Source of the DNA: an uncultured Opitutales bacterium
GTDB lineage: Bacteria > Verrucomicrobiota > Verrucomicrobiia > Opitutales > Intestinicryptomonadaceae
NCBI GenBank assembly: GCA_900546565.1
Contig: URDC01000001.1
Span: forward strand, 83,796-147,795
Direction of reading: 5' to 3'
DNA: 64,000 nt
A program made the translations under genes and the position numbers. Below are positions 41,030-51,137 of the stretch, one piece after another. The stretch's first letter is position 1. Every line of letters starts with the position of its first letter. A model generated the notes under the pieces. The model made no database searches. It was not told the origin of the DNA and was given only the letters and a program-made list of their open reading frames with translations.

Positions 41030-42189
41030 TTATTTGCCAGCCTCCTTTATCCCCTTCATCACGGGCGATACTTCCTTTCCAGCAACGGCGCGTTGCAAAC
41101 CGTTAACAATAACCCTGTCGTCCGCCGTCAGGCCCTCTTCGATAATCTGCATATTGCCCACGCATTCGCCCACGCGCACAATGCGGTATTCAGCCCTATT
41201 GTTCTTGTCCACAACATACACAAAGCGGTTTACGAGGTCGGTTCCCACCGCGAGCTCGGGCACAAGCAGACATTCACGCGGCGCGCCGCCGAGCATTTGA
41301 ATATTCGCAAACATACCCGGAAACAGCCTGCCGTCCTTGTTGTCGATTTCCGCCCTGAGCTCGATACTCGACGACGTAAGCGCATTGTCTACATACGTTA
41401 TCTTGCCGAAGTGCGACGGTTCTTTCTCGTCCATCAGAGTGATTTTCACGGGCGGGCCCTCGCGCTTTTCCGAACTTATCCGCCCCAAAACGCCGTTTGC
41501 CGTATATCTTATAACATCGCGTTCGCTGATTTCAAAATACGCATAAATCGTGTCCTTCGAGACCACCGTCGACATCAGCGTCGAAGCCCCGTCAATGAGG
41601 TTTCCCTCGTCCACAAGCCTGCGGCTTACATATCCCGAAATCGGCGACGTGATTTTCGTGAATTCCAAGTTCAGCTCCGCTTCGCGCAACTTCGCTTTCG
41701 CACTCATCAAAATTGCCTCCTGCGACATCACTTCGCTTTTTCGCGTTTCCAAAACTTCTTTTGAAACCGCATTAGACACATACAATTCCTCAGCGCGTTT
41801 CAGATTGCTCTTTGCAAGCTCTATCTTCGATTCCACTTCGCGCACCGTCGCCTTGTTCGCGTCTACAATCGCCTGAAACGGACGCGCGTCGATTTCAAAC
41901 AGCACGCTTCCGGCTTTCACATAGTCGCCGTCTTTGAACAGAATCTTTTCCAAATAGCCCGACACGCGCGAGCGAATCTCGACCGATTTCTCGCCTTCCA
42001 AGCGCGCCGTATATGCGTCCCAGACTTCAATCATACGCTTTTCGGGCAGCATAACTTCGACTTTGTTGAAGACTTTCTTCTGCACCGCTTCCTGCTTTGC
42101 AGGGCACCCGCATAACAACATCGCAGCTGCCGCGACAGCCGCCATAACCCCGACCGATTTATTCGATTTTCTAAACATTTCCATCATAT
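41030..42189 (-). CDS. RND efflux membrane-fusion (periplasmic adaptor) protein, AcrA-like lipoprotein
   Basis: Coiled-coil/biotinyl-like adaptor architecture with an N-terminal lipobox (AAAAMLLCGC). The start is set at MMEMFRK (42189); the tabulated ORF extends to 42301 into the repeat element. A 1-nt gap separates it from the permease gene. Confidence 0.85.
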
Positions 42190-42439
42190 AAAAAAAATTC
42201 CGAAAAATTGTTTCATAAAAACTCGGTTCATTCCCGCTACGCGACAAAACGCGCCGCAATCCGACAACTTCCCCGACATTGCCTATACAAAATACACGCA
42301 ACCTTTAATCAAAATATTCTTCCAACCCCTCAAAAAAAATCAACACTTTTCTGAGCCGCTGGGCGGGTCGTCCCATTGCGATATATTCGAAAGCGCGCGA
42401 TAGTGCTAATGCATAGACCACCCGAACAACAAAATTAGA

Positions 42440-42800
42440 TTTTAACACGCTCCTACCGTCGCTGAGCTCTTGGCTTCGCCAATTCAACGTGAGTGCGCCT
42501 CTGGGGCAAACACAAAAGTTGCGAAGCAAGCTTTTGGGAAGAATAAAACACGAAGTGTTTTACCCGAAGGGCGACCACGTTTTACGTGGGAAGCTTTGCC
42601 GATAGGCAAAGAGCCGAGCGAAGCGAGTGCCGAGACATTTGTGAAACAAATGCGAGTTCAAAACAGCGCGGATTTTGCGTAGCAAAACCAAGCGAGCGAG
42701 TTCAATTTAATAATCAAAAAAAAGAAGTTCCGAATGGAACTTCTTTCAGCATTATAAAAATAAATTTTGCCCCAGAGGGACGTCCTCGCCCGTTTTTTAT
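42440..42800 (-). repeat. MITE-like element (copy D, reverse orientation) with a ~200-bp internal insert of serial short hairpins, abutting the stop of the upstream minus-strand gene
   Basis: Read on the minus strand: stop-AAAACGGGCGAGGACGTCCCTCTGGGGCAAA, then terminator hairpin GAAGTTCCattcGGAACTTC + T8 (42711-42746), then a string of hairpins, then GCCCCAGAGGCGCACTCACG and the TTGAATTGGCGAAGCC... module. Confidence 0.8.
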
Positions 42801-43560
42801 TTGAGAGAGGCGGAACGCCACCAATCATAGTGCTCATTTTCAAGCTCCTTGACTGAGGGCATCGGATAAAACAACATTTCGCCGCCGCCGCCGATAAAGA
42901 AGCCAGAGCGAATCATTCTATACGGAAATTCGCTTGTCGTGCGCAATAAAACCTTGCTGTTCTTGCCGCCTTTTTGCGAAACCTGAATCAGGCAGTCGCG
43001 CATATGGTATTGATTCGCATAGGGCAAAACAGTGATGTCTCCATTGTAAACATCGTCTTCAAGTTCGCCAAGCTTCATATCGCAAAAGGCAATCTTGTCA
43101 AAACGCACCAAACGGTCTGACGCAGTAATTTCGCATGCGTATTGTGCGGGATTTAAAATGCTCACAACCCGCGTGCGCGACGGGGCGAGCGTCTGATACA
43201 TATACGGGTGGATTTTCCGGTCGGGGACAAATTCGCCGCGCGAAAGTTTCAGAGCCTTGCCATCACTCGTGACGACATATAAATTGCCGACGGCCGAAAA
43301 CGGGACGTGTTCGAGTACCCTGTAAACCGATAAATACACCGACTTGTGCGGCGAGCCGTCCGCGTGCGGCTTGCAAAGTTCTTCGAGCCTGCCTACGGGC
43401 AAATAGTCGCTTTTAAATTTCTTGTCCAGCTCGAAAAAAATCGCTTGCGAATAATTGCGCCTCAACGAACCCGTCGCAAAATACGCGCCGAATTCCTTCG
43501 GCGATAAATTCGAGGCAATCAACGCTTCGGGCGAGAGCGATAAATACAGATGAGTTTGCA
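42797..43560 (-). CDS. hypothetical protein
   Basis: The start is set at MQTHLYLSL (43560); the tabulated ORF extends to 43828 with an implausible Cys/Trp-rich leader. No recognisable family. Divergent from the holA-like gene. Confidence 0.55.
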
Positions 43561-43864
43561 TATAGACCTTTCGTCTTTCGTTGTTCTGACGCTTTTTGGC
43601 GATTTTTCCACAGGAAGCCCAGCCCCATATCCCGACTCTTCCAACCCAGTCCCCGCAACGCGCGCGCCATGTTGAATAACATGCCACAAACAGAGTCGGA
43701 AGAACCGAAAAAAAAGAGCGGAACCACCGCGGAAGGAATCCTCCGTTAACGAGTAGATTATTTTCTTCCTCTCCCGATAAGTCAACCATAAAATACGTTC
43801 CAGCCCAACCTCCACAACATAAATACACTTGAAATCGGCGCGCAAAAATCCATTTTAAAAAACT

Positions 43865-44974
43865 ATGGCAGCAAAAGTGTTGAAGTTGATAGTTTCCGAC
43901 GACGATTTTATAGCCGCAAACCGCGCGCGCGAACTCTTCGAGGAAGAGTCTAAAACCGTCTCCGACGAAATGTCTCTCGAAATCATCGACGCCGCAGCCG
44001 GCAAAACCGACGAGGCCGTCGACGCCTGCAAACGCATAGTTTCCGGGGCTGCTACAATGCCGCTTTTCGGCGGCAAAAAAGTCGTATGGGCGCGCAACGT
44101 CAATTTTTTGGGCGATTCGCCCGTCTCGAAAAGCGACGCCGTCAAAGAGGCGGTCGCCGATATGGCACAGGCACTCGAAGAAATGTCGGGCGACAACGCC
44201 GTTGTCGTAATGAACGCCTCGCCCGTAAACCGCGTCAGTAAAACCCTCAAAACACTCGCCGCAATCGCGGATTTCGAAGACTACAAAACGAAGGATTCCG
44301 AAAACGCCTGCACCGACCTGCTAAAAATGGAGGCAAAAAAACTCGGCGTCAGCTTCGAGGGGGCTTCGGCGGAAACCCTTTCGGGAATAGTCGCCAACAA
44401 TACCCGAATGGCATTGCAGGAACTCAAAAAACTCGCCGTCTACGTCAATTTCGAACGCCCGATTTCCGAGCGCGACGTTATCGAAATGGTTCCGATTTTC
44501 GGCGAGGGGGATTTCTTCGGAATGGCAAACGCCTTCTATTCGGGCGACGTAGAAAAGGCATTGGGCGCATTGCGCCGGTATTTTTTCACAAATAAAACCG
44601 CATCGGCGCGCCCCATAATAACGGTTTTGCAAAAACAGAATTCCATACTCATACAAATCCGCGCACTCATGGATTCCAAAATTCTGCCGCGCACAACCTC
44701 GCCCCAGCCCAAGGGCGCAGTCGCAAACGCGGCTGAAATGTTCGGCGAATTCTACGAGGGCTCGAAACCAAAAACGCCCTACAATCTGTTCACGCAAAAC
44801 GAGTGGTACGCAGGCTCGAAACTCGCACCAGTCGCCGCCCGTTTCACACTCAAACGGCTAATCGACATTCAGATGAACTTAGTCCGCGCGTTCGAAGACC
44901 TCATTTCGCGCCCGGGCAACGACGAACCCATTATGCGCGAGTTTTTCATTCGCTCGCTCTCCGTCAGCCAGTAG
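43865..44974 (+). CDS. holA: DNA polymerase III delta subunit-like protein
   Basis: 369 aa with overall HolA-like architecture (N-terminal Rossmann-like LIVSDDDF...ARELFEE region and a helical C-terminus). The call rests on gestalt only. Confidence 0.5.
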   Translation: MAAKVLKLIVSDDDFIAANRARELFEEESKTVSDEMSLEIIDAAAGKTDEAVDACKRIVSGAATMPLFGGKKVVWARNVNFLGDSPVSKSDAVKEAVADMAQALEEMSGDNAVVVMNASPVNRVSKTLKTLAAIADFEDYKTKDSENACTDLLKMEAKKLGVSFEGASAETLSGIVANNTRMALQELKKLAVYVNFERPISERDVIEMVPIFGEGDFFGMANAFYSGDVEKALGALRRYFFTNKTASARPIITVLQKQNSILIQIRALMDSKILPRTTSPQPKGAVANAAEMFGEFYEGSKPKTPYNLFTQNEWYAGSKLAPVAARFTLKRLIDIQMNLVRAFEDLISRPGNDEPIMREFFIRSLSVSQ

Positions 44975-45031
44975 CCAGCCTTACTCCAATTTCTCCGCGT
45001 CCGCGGGTTGTCCACAACCCACACTCCGGAC

Positions 45032-45946
45032 TTAATAAACCATTTTTTCGGCAAGCTCAAACGCCCTCGAAAAACTGCCGTCATTGGCAATGCCTTTGCC
45101 CGCAATTCCGAACGCCGTTCCGTGGTCGGGGCTCACCCTCAAATGCGGCAAATTCATCGACACATTTACAGCATTGTCGAATTCCACCGCTTTAAGCGGT
45201 GCGAGAGCCTGGTCGTGATACATCGAAACAATGCAGTCGAATTCGCCCTTCAACACGCGCTCGAAAACCGTGTCCGGCGGCAGCGATACCGACAAATTCG
45301 GAAAATCCCCCCGCAGCTTTTCAAGCGCAGGATTTATCAAATCGATCTCCTCCCGCCCGATAAGCCCGTTTTCACCCGCGTGCGGGTTCAGCCCGCAGAC
45401 GGCAATCCTCGGATTCTCCACACCGCGCAGTTTTTTCGCAAGCTCAGCCGACGCCCCGACGGCCCGCGCAATCTTCGCAAAGTCGAGCAGCTTCGGCACA
45501 TCTTTTAGCGGGTCGTGCCACGTGACCAAGCTCACAATGAATTTCGTTCCCGCAAAACTCATCACTGGCGTTCCGCCCCAACTGTCGGCGAAAAATTCCG
45601 TCTGCCCCTGATATTCGAAGCCGACTTCGCGCATACATTCCTTCGAAATCGGCGCGGTAACGACCGCCGCAAACTTTCCCTCCGTGCAGCCGCGCGCGGC
45701 AACCTTCAACGCTTCGAACGCCACCCGCGCCCCTTCCGGACACGGACGCCCCGCAACCGCTTCAAACCCAGCATCGCCGATTGTCAACTTTCCGACCGAG
45801 TCGGGCAGGGCACTCAAAAATTTTTCGTGCCCAATCACCACGGCCGAAGACGCCTTCGCCGCGTTCTTGGATACCCACGACGCAATTATCTCCGGCCCGA
45901 CCCCCGACGGGTCGCCGACCGTTATCGCAATGGGTTTTCTGTCCAT
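45032..45946 (-). CDS. pdxA: 4-hydroxythreonine-4-phosphate dehydrogenase
   Basis: 304 aa with PdxA motifs (PIAITVGDPSGVGPEI, GLNPHAGENG, DCIVSMYHDQ). Confidence 0.88.
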   Translation of the reverse strand: MDRKPIAITVGDPSGVGPEIIASWVSKNAAKASSAVVIGHEKFLSALPDSVGKLTIGDAGFEAVAGRPCPEGARVAFEALKVAARGCTEGKFAAVVTAPISKECMREVGFEYQGQTEFFADSWGGTPVMSFAGTKFIVSLVTWHDPLKDVPKLLDFAKIARAVGASAELAKKLRGVENPRIAVCGLNPHAGENGLIGREEIDLINPALEKLRGDFPNLSVSLPPDTVFERVLKGEFDCIVSMYHDQALAPLKAVEFDNAVNVSMNLPHLRVSPDHGTAFGIAGKGIANDGSFSRAFELAEKMVY

Positions 45947-45982
45947 ACCAAAACTCCGAAAAACAAAAACCGCCCACGAAAA

Positions 45983-46792
45983 TCAGTCGAGGTGGTTGTT
46001 GCCGCGCGGGACAATGTAGTGTCGGTTTTCGACAGTGAAAAATTCGAGAAACTTTCTGCCCGCCGCAGTCCGCACATTTCCCGACTCCAAAATTGCGAGC
46101 GCATTTTTGCGCGCGGCGGGTGTTGCATAAACCTCGCTGTAAAGCCGCTTTACTTCCGCAATGTCCTCGCGGGGCATCCTGCGGCGGTTCATACCGATGA
46201 GATTAAGCCCCCCGACATTGTTGCGGGCATACGCAATCACGAAGGGCGGCACATCCAGACTCGTCGCGGAGTTGCCGCTTATAATCACACCTTCGCCTAT
46301 TCTCACGCGCTGGTGCACCATAACGCCGCCGCTGATAAACGCGTCGTTGGCCACTTTGACATGACCCGCGCACGCCGAGAAATTCGCCAAAATCACATTG
46401 TCTGCCAACACGCAGTCATGGCCGATGTGCGCGCTGGCCATAATCAGACAGTTGCGCCCGACAATCGTCGCCTTGCCTTCAAACGTCGCGCGGTGGATAG
46501 TCGCCGATTCGCGCACAACCGAACCGTCTCCGATTTCCGCAAAAGTTTCCAGCGACGCGTCGAAATGCAGATCCTGAGGGTCTCCCGCAACCACAGCGAA
46601 AGAGCAAATCCTGCATCCCGTGCCGATACGCGCCCCGCCGCACACCCGCGCGTGGGGTTCTATAACCGAGCCGTCGCCAATGCGTGCCCGCCCCTCGACG
46701 AGCGCATACGCGCCGACTTTCACACCGTCGCCCAAGACGGCGTCGGGCGAAACAATCGCAGTGGAATCAATGTTGTTCATTTGCCGCTTCAA
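45983..46792 (-). CDS. lpxA: acyl-ACP--UDP-N-acetylglucosamine O-acyltransferase
   Basis: Left-handed beta-helix hexapeptide repeats and the LpxA C-terminal helical domain. An alternative start is MNNIDSTAIV at 46780. Confidence 0.88.
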   Translation of the reverse strand: MKRQMNNIDSTAIVSPDAVLGDGVKVGAYALVEGRARIGDGSVIEPHARVCGGARIGTGCRICSFAVVAGDPQDLHFDASLETFAEIGDGSVVRESATIHRATFEGKATIVGRNCLIMASAHIGHDCVLADNVILANFSACAGHVKVANDAFISGGVMVHQRVRIGEGVIISGNSATSLDVPPFVIAYARNNVGGLNLIGMNRRRMPREDIAEVKRLYSEVYATPAARKNALAILESGNVRTAAGRKFLEFFTVENRHYIVPRGNNHLD

Positions 46793-48407
46793 TCAGGAGT
46801 TTGCGTTTAAGTTTTCTGAGGTGGACAATCTTCACGAGCGCGGTGAAAAGAATCCCGAAAAGCGTCGAGGTATATCCCGCCATAAGACTCGCCGTAATTA
46901 CGCCGAACGTCAGCAGAATAAGACTCGCAACCGTTCCCGCCAGCCCGATGTAAAGCCCAAGGTCGAAAAGGTTGTCTTCGTTTTCCAAAAGTTTCAGTTT
47001 AAGCGATGCGCTCGCGCGGGTTCGCCTGATAATGCCGATGCGAATCAGACAGACAACATACACTGTCGATTGCATCACGAAAAACAACGCTATCGCCGCG
47101 AGCGTTGCCGAGTCTGTATCTAATGAAAACATATCTTTTTCTCCCACTATATTTGATTTTATTTTGTCGAATGCAATTCTAAATTCAGCGGCGTCCGCAT
47201 TTTCGATTTTGACTTCAAACGCCGCAGGCTCGAACGCCGCCGAGGCAAACGCCGTGCAAATAAGAGCCGCCAGAACGCAGCGCACCCCCAGAAACGTCGA
47301 CGCGCGCCCCAAGCGCAAAATCCGCAACGCGCCCGAAACCGCCACTGCAAATCCGAGAACCGTCAGCAGCAGCTTCAACGCCAGAAAGACCTTCGGATTT
47401 TCCGCGCATGCAAGCGAAAACGCACTTTTTACCGGCGCGAAAATCTCGTCGAAGAGTTCCGCCGCGGGCGAGTTCTCATAAAGCGGCTTTCCGTTTTCGA
47501 GCAGAAACTCCACCGAGCCTTCGCCGTATTCGAGCGCGAACGAAACCGCCCCCGCGCCGCCGCGAGCCGCATTTTCGCGCAAATACCGCGCGCATTTGGG
47601 TGCGTCTCCGACCGCAAGCGCGGCGGCAACCACACAGTCTTTCGCGTGCGCGTCGACTTGCCCCGCATACACTTTCGCGAATTCGAAAACATCGTCGGGC
47701 GACTTGAACAACTTCAATACCGCCCCGACCGCCGACGCGTCCAAATTCCGCGCCAATGCCAAAACGCCCACCGCACAAAGCTCGTATTCCTGTTGAACCT
47801 TAATGTCCTCCAACGCATCTATCTTCGACGAAAGCTCAAACAGAAATTCCTCGCCCAAGTCGCCCGATTGAGCCGCCAGCGAAAGCGTCAAAACCGCCGC
47901 GTCAAACGACGCTCCCGCGCTCGACATTGCCGGCGGCAAATTTACCGTCGACAGACCGCGCGTCGAAAGAATTTTTTTCACAATCCTGTTGTTGCTTTGC
48001 GAAAGAAATTCCGCCAGCCTGTCGCGCGCCGACCTCGATGCAAGATAGCTAAAAAGCGGCGCACCCGTATTCTTTTTTATTCCCGCCGCCGCGCAAAACG
48101 CCGCAAAAAACGGTGAGTCGCCACCGCCGTAACGCCACGACGGATTTTCCGAAAACGCCTTTTGCGCCTCTTTTTCGACTTCTTCCATTCCCGTCGCACA
48201 CCGTGCCAAAATGAGCGCAGTCGAAACCTGGGCAGAGTCGAGCCTGAATGCTGCCAAATCGGCAAGCGATTTCCCGCCTGCGCCCGCCGCCGCAACAACA
48301 CACTTGTCCACCGCAACCCAATAAACGGGAATCGCGCACGCGAACAGCGCAACCGCAACCCCCACTACAACAGCCAGCAAATCAAATGCAATTCTAACAC
48401 CCCTCAT
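46767..48407 (-). CDS. membrane protein with a C-terminal MotA/TolQ/ExbB-like proton-channel domain and a ~400-aa Ala-rich N-terminal region
   Basis: 546 aa. The C-terminus LYIGLAGTVASLILLTFGVITASLMAGYTSTLFGILFTAL matches the MotA/TolQ/ExbB signature (LGLLGTVxG). There are several TM segments and an N-terminal signal-anchor. The gene overlaps the lpxA start by ~26 nt. Confidence 0.55.
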   Translation of the reverse strand: MRGVRIAFDLLAVVVGVAVALFACAIPVYWVAVDKCVVAAAGAGGKSLADLAAFRLDSAQVSTALILARCATGMEEVEKEAQKAFSENPSWRYGGGDSPFFAAFCAAAGIKKNTGAPLFSYLASRSARDRLAEFLSQSNNRIVKKILSTRGLSTVNLPPAMSSAGASFDAAVLTLSLAAQSGDLGEEFLFELSSKIDALEDIKVQQEYELCAVGVLALARNLDASAVGAVLKLFKSPDDVFEFAKVYAGQVDAHAKDCVVAAALAVGDAPKCARYLRENAARGGAGAVSFALEYGEGSVEFLLENGKPLYENSPAAELFDEIFAPVKSAFSLACAENPKVFLALKLLLTVLGFAVAVSGALRILRLGRASTFLGVRCVLAALICTAFASAAFEPAAFEVKIENADAAEFRIAFDKIKSNIVGEKDMFSLDTDSATLAAIALFFVMQSTVYVVCLIRIGIIRRTRASASLKLKLLENEDNLFDLGLYIGLAGTVASLILLTFGVITASLMAGYTSTLFGILFTALVKIVHLRKLKRKLLIEAANEQH

Positions 48408-48651
48408 TTTTTTATACCCCGACTTTTTATTTTATCCCCGCGCTTCCGTCAATAACAATGTGGCCTTTGTTTATAAAACCGCACACCGCCACAACCACTC
48501 AGCACACGCCGCACTCAGCTCACGCACTAATATCAGCTCACCCATTCCGTTTGCACCACACCATTCTTAAAATCCTTATACTTACCCGCTCGCCGCCAAT
48601 GAAAAAATAAACATTGTTTTATATGAAAAACAAAAAAACGGTTATTTTCAG

Positions 48652-48667
48652 TCTCAAACGTTTGAGA
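48652..48667. promoter_or_regulatory. perfect 16-bp palindrome TCTCAAACGTTTGAGA upstream of sucC (candidate operator)
   Basis: Exact dyad symmetry ~160 bp upstream of the sucC start, in the divergent promoter region shared with the MotA-like gene. Confidence 0.35.
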
Positions 48668-48825
48668 TTGCAATTTTTTTGAAAAAAAATCTTGCTATAC
48701 TTAAAAACAGGGCGTAACTTGCTAAACGTATAATAAAATTAAACACAGCCAATTCGGACAAACGCTTTTCGTGCTGTGCTTGATGTTATTTTTCGTATTT
48801 AATTACAAATCACAGATAAAAAGAT

Positions 48826-50022
48826 ATGAATATCCACGAATATCAGGCAAAACAACTGTTTAAGGAATACGGCGTTCCCGTTCAGGACGGCGTCGCCGTT
48901 AAGTCCGAGGCAGAATTCGACAACGCTATCGCGCAAATTCAGGGCGACCACGTTGTTGTAAAATCGCAAATCCACGCAGGCGGACGCGGCAAAGGCACGT
49001 TTAAGGACGGCTTTCAGGGCGGCGTAAAATTCGTCAAGCGCGAAGACGCGCACGAAACCGCCAAGAAAATGCTCGGCAACACGCTCATCACAAAACAGAC
49101 GGGCGCGGCGGGCAAAGTAGTCGGCACGGTTTTCTTCGCACAGCCGCAGGACATCAAAAAGGAATACTACCTTTCGATTTTGATGGACAGAGCTTCCAGC
49201 AAAATCGCAATCGTCGCTTCGACAGCGGGCGGTATGGATATCGAAAAAGTCGCGGCTGAAACACCCGACCAGATTTTGAAAATGCTCGTCGATCCCGATA
49301 TCGGCTTGCAGAGCTTTCAGGCGAGCCGCTTGGCATTCTTCTTCGGCTTCGGAATGGATAAGGCACTCAAAAAACAGTTCATAGGCATCATCAAGGGCTT
49401 GTATAAACTGTTCGTAGATAAGGATTGCTCGTTGGTCGAAATCAACCCGCTTATCCTCACCGAACAGGGCAACATCGTAGCCTTGGACGCCAAAGTTTCC
49501 TTCGACGACAACGGCTTGTTCCGCCACCCCGAAATCGAAGCCTTGCGCGACCCGCACGAAGAAGATCCCAAAGAAATCGAAGCCCACAAATACGGCCTCA
49601 ATTACATCGCTTTGGACGGCAATATCGCATGTATGGTTAACGGCGCGGGTTTGGCGATGTCGACAATGGACATCATCAAATACTTCGGCGGCAACCCCGC
49701 AAACTTCCTCGACGTAGGCGGCAGCGCAAACGAAGAGGCAATCACACAGGCATTCAACATTCTCCTGAAAGACCCGAACGTAAAAGGCATTTTGGTCAAT
49801 ATCTTCGGCGGAATTATGAAGTGCGACGTCATCGCCGCGGGCGTTATCGCCGCAGTCAAAAACGTCGGCTTGAAACTCCCGTTGGTAGTCCGCTTGGAGG
49901 GCACAAACGTCGAAACGGGCAGAAAGATGCTCGCCGATAGCGGAATCAAACTCACGACTGCGGATTCTTTGGCGGACGCCGCCGAAAAAATCGTCAAAAT
50001 CGTCGCGGAAGAAAACAAATAA
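48826..50022 (+). CDS. sucC: succinate--CoA ligase (ADP-forming) beta subunit
   Basis: Begins [19 protein letters not shown]..., canonical SucC. Confidence 0.95.
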   Translation: MNIHEYQAKQLFKEYGVPVQDGVAVKSEAEFDNAIAQIQGDHVVVKSQIHAGGRGKGTFKDGFQGGVKFVKREDAHETAKKMLGNTLITKQTGAAGKVVGTVFFAQPQDIKKEYYLSILMDRASSKIAIVASTAGGMDIEKVAAETPDQILKMLVDPDIGLQSFQASRLAFFFGFGMDKALKKQFIGIIKGLYKLFVDKDCSLVEINPLILTEQGNIVALDAKVSFDDNGLFRHPEIEALRDPHEEDPKEIEAHKYGLNYIALDGNIACMVNGAGLAMSTMDIIKYFGGNPANFLDVGGSANEEAITQAFNILLKDPNVKGILVNIFGGIMKCDVIAAGVIAAVKNVGLKLPLVVRLEGTNVETGRKMLADSGIKLTTADSLADAAEKIVKIVAEENK

Positions 50023-50043
50023 CATTTAACAATATTTGTAAAA

Positions 50044-50928
50044 ATGAGCGTACTTATAAACAAAGACACAAGAGTAGTCGTCAGCGGTATCACGGGTAAG
50101 ACGGGCGCATTCCACGCCCAGCAGTGCTTGGCATACGGCACAAACATCGTCGCGGGCGTCACCCCGGGCAAGGGCGGAATGATGTTCGAAGACAAAGTTC
50201 CCGTATTCAACACAATCGCCGATTCCGTCAGCAAGGAAGGCGCAAACGCGTGCGTGATTTTCGTTCCGCCCGCATTCGCGGCGGACTCGATTTTGGAGTC
50301 AATCGACGCCGAAATTCCCCTGATTATCTGCATCACCGAAGGCATTCCCGTCAAGGATATGGCAATCGTAAAGTCGCGCCTTATGCAGAATGGCTGCAAG
50401 TCGCGCCTCATCGGGCCGAATTGCCCGGGCGTCATCACCCCCGAAGAATGTAAAATCGGCATTATGCCGGGCTACATTCATAAGAAGGGCAACGTCGGCG
50501 TAGTCAGCCGTTCGGGCACTTTGACATACGAAGCCGTGTGGCAGCTCACCCAGCTCGGCTACGGACAGAGCACCGTCATCGGTATCGGCGGCGACCCCAT
50601 CAACGGCACGAGCCACCTCGACGCCGTCAAGATGTTCAACGACGACCCCGAAACCGAAGCAATCGTTATGATTGGCGAAATCGGCGGCAACGGCGAACAG
50701 CTCGCCGCCGAGTGGTTGAAGGCTAATTGCAAAAAGCCCTGCGCCGCATTCATCGCGGGTCGCACAGCCCCCAAAGGCCGCAGAATGGGACACGCCGGCG
50801 CAATCGTCTCGGGCAATTCGGGCTCGGCGGAAGACAAAATCAAGGCTCTGCGCGACGCCAATATCGCCGTCGCAGACACTCCTTCCGTCATCGGCGAAAC
50901 ATTGCTCAAACACTGGGGCAAAATGTAA
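50044..50928 (+). CDS. sucD: succinate--CoA ligase alpha subunit
   Basis: 294 aa with the CoA-binding and catalytic-His region ([16 protein letters not shown]). Confidence 0.95.
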   Translation: MSVLINKDTRVVVSGITGKTGAFHAQQCLAYGTNIVAGVTPGKGGMMFEDKVPVFNTIADSVSKEGANACVIFVPPAFAADSILESIDAEIPLIICITEGIPVKDMAIVKSRLMQNGCKSRLIGPNCPGVITPEECKIGIMPGYIHKKGNVGVVSRSGTLTYEAVWQLTQLGYGQSTVIGIGGDPINGTSHLDAVKMFNDDPETEAIVMIGEIGGNGEQLAAEWLKANCKKPCAAFIAGRTAPKGRRMGHAGAIVSGNSGSAEDKIKALRDANIAVADTPSVIGETLLKHWGKM

Positions 50929-51137
50929 AAGAAAAATTTCTTCTAACTGAAAATATTGGCGGCGTCCTTCGGGACGCCGTTTTTTTGCCACCCACACCAC
51001 CACACAATACCCTGCAATTCTGCCACACAACGAACAATTGGAACGCTTTGTGACAACAACGCGGAAAAACGCCCCCCCCAAAAAAAAGGTGTTTTTCGTT
51101 GATTTTTGCCGAAAAATATTAAAATTTTTCACACAAA

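Noticed and set aside
42190-42301. N-terminal extension of the AcrA-like ORF (MRVFCIGNVGEVVGLRRVLSRSG...)
   Set aside because: The extension reads into the MITE-like element and precedes the lipobox by ~60 residues. The MMEMFRK start gives a normal lipoprotein signal peptide.
42447-42488. tRNA-like fragment (GCTCAGCTCTTGGC) within the shared module, as a possible integration att site
   Set aside because: No complementary D-stem partner (GAGC) or T-arm can be formed. There is no cloverleaf.
43561-43828. N-terminal extension of the 42797 ORF (MYLCCGGWAGTYFMV...CGDWVGRVGIWGWASCGK)
   Set aside because: Cys/Trp/Gly-rich low-complexity sequence from a GC-rich stretch; the later Met (MQTHLYLSL) at 43560 is taken as the start, though without checked RBS support.
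45515-46810. 431-aa plus-strand ORF antisense to pdxA/lpxA, and the 46620-47481 plus-strand ORFs antisense to the MotA-like gene
   Set aside because: pdxA and lpxA are confidently identified on the minus strand. The plus-strand frames are Arg/Ala-rich shadows.
48799-50462. Minus-strand ORFs (408 aa, 286 aa) antisense to sucC and sucD
   Set aside because: sucC and sucD on the plus strand are unambiguous.
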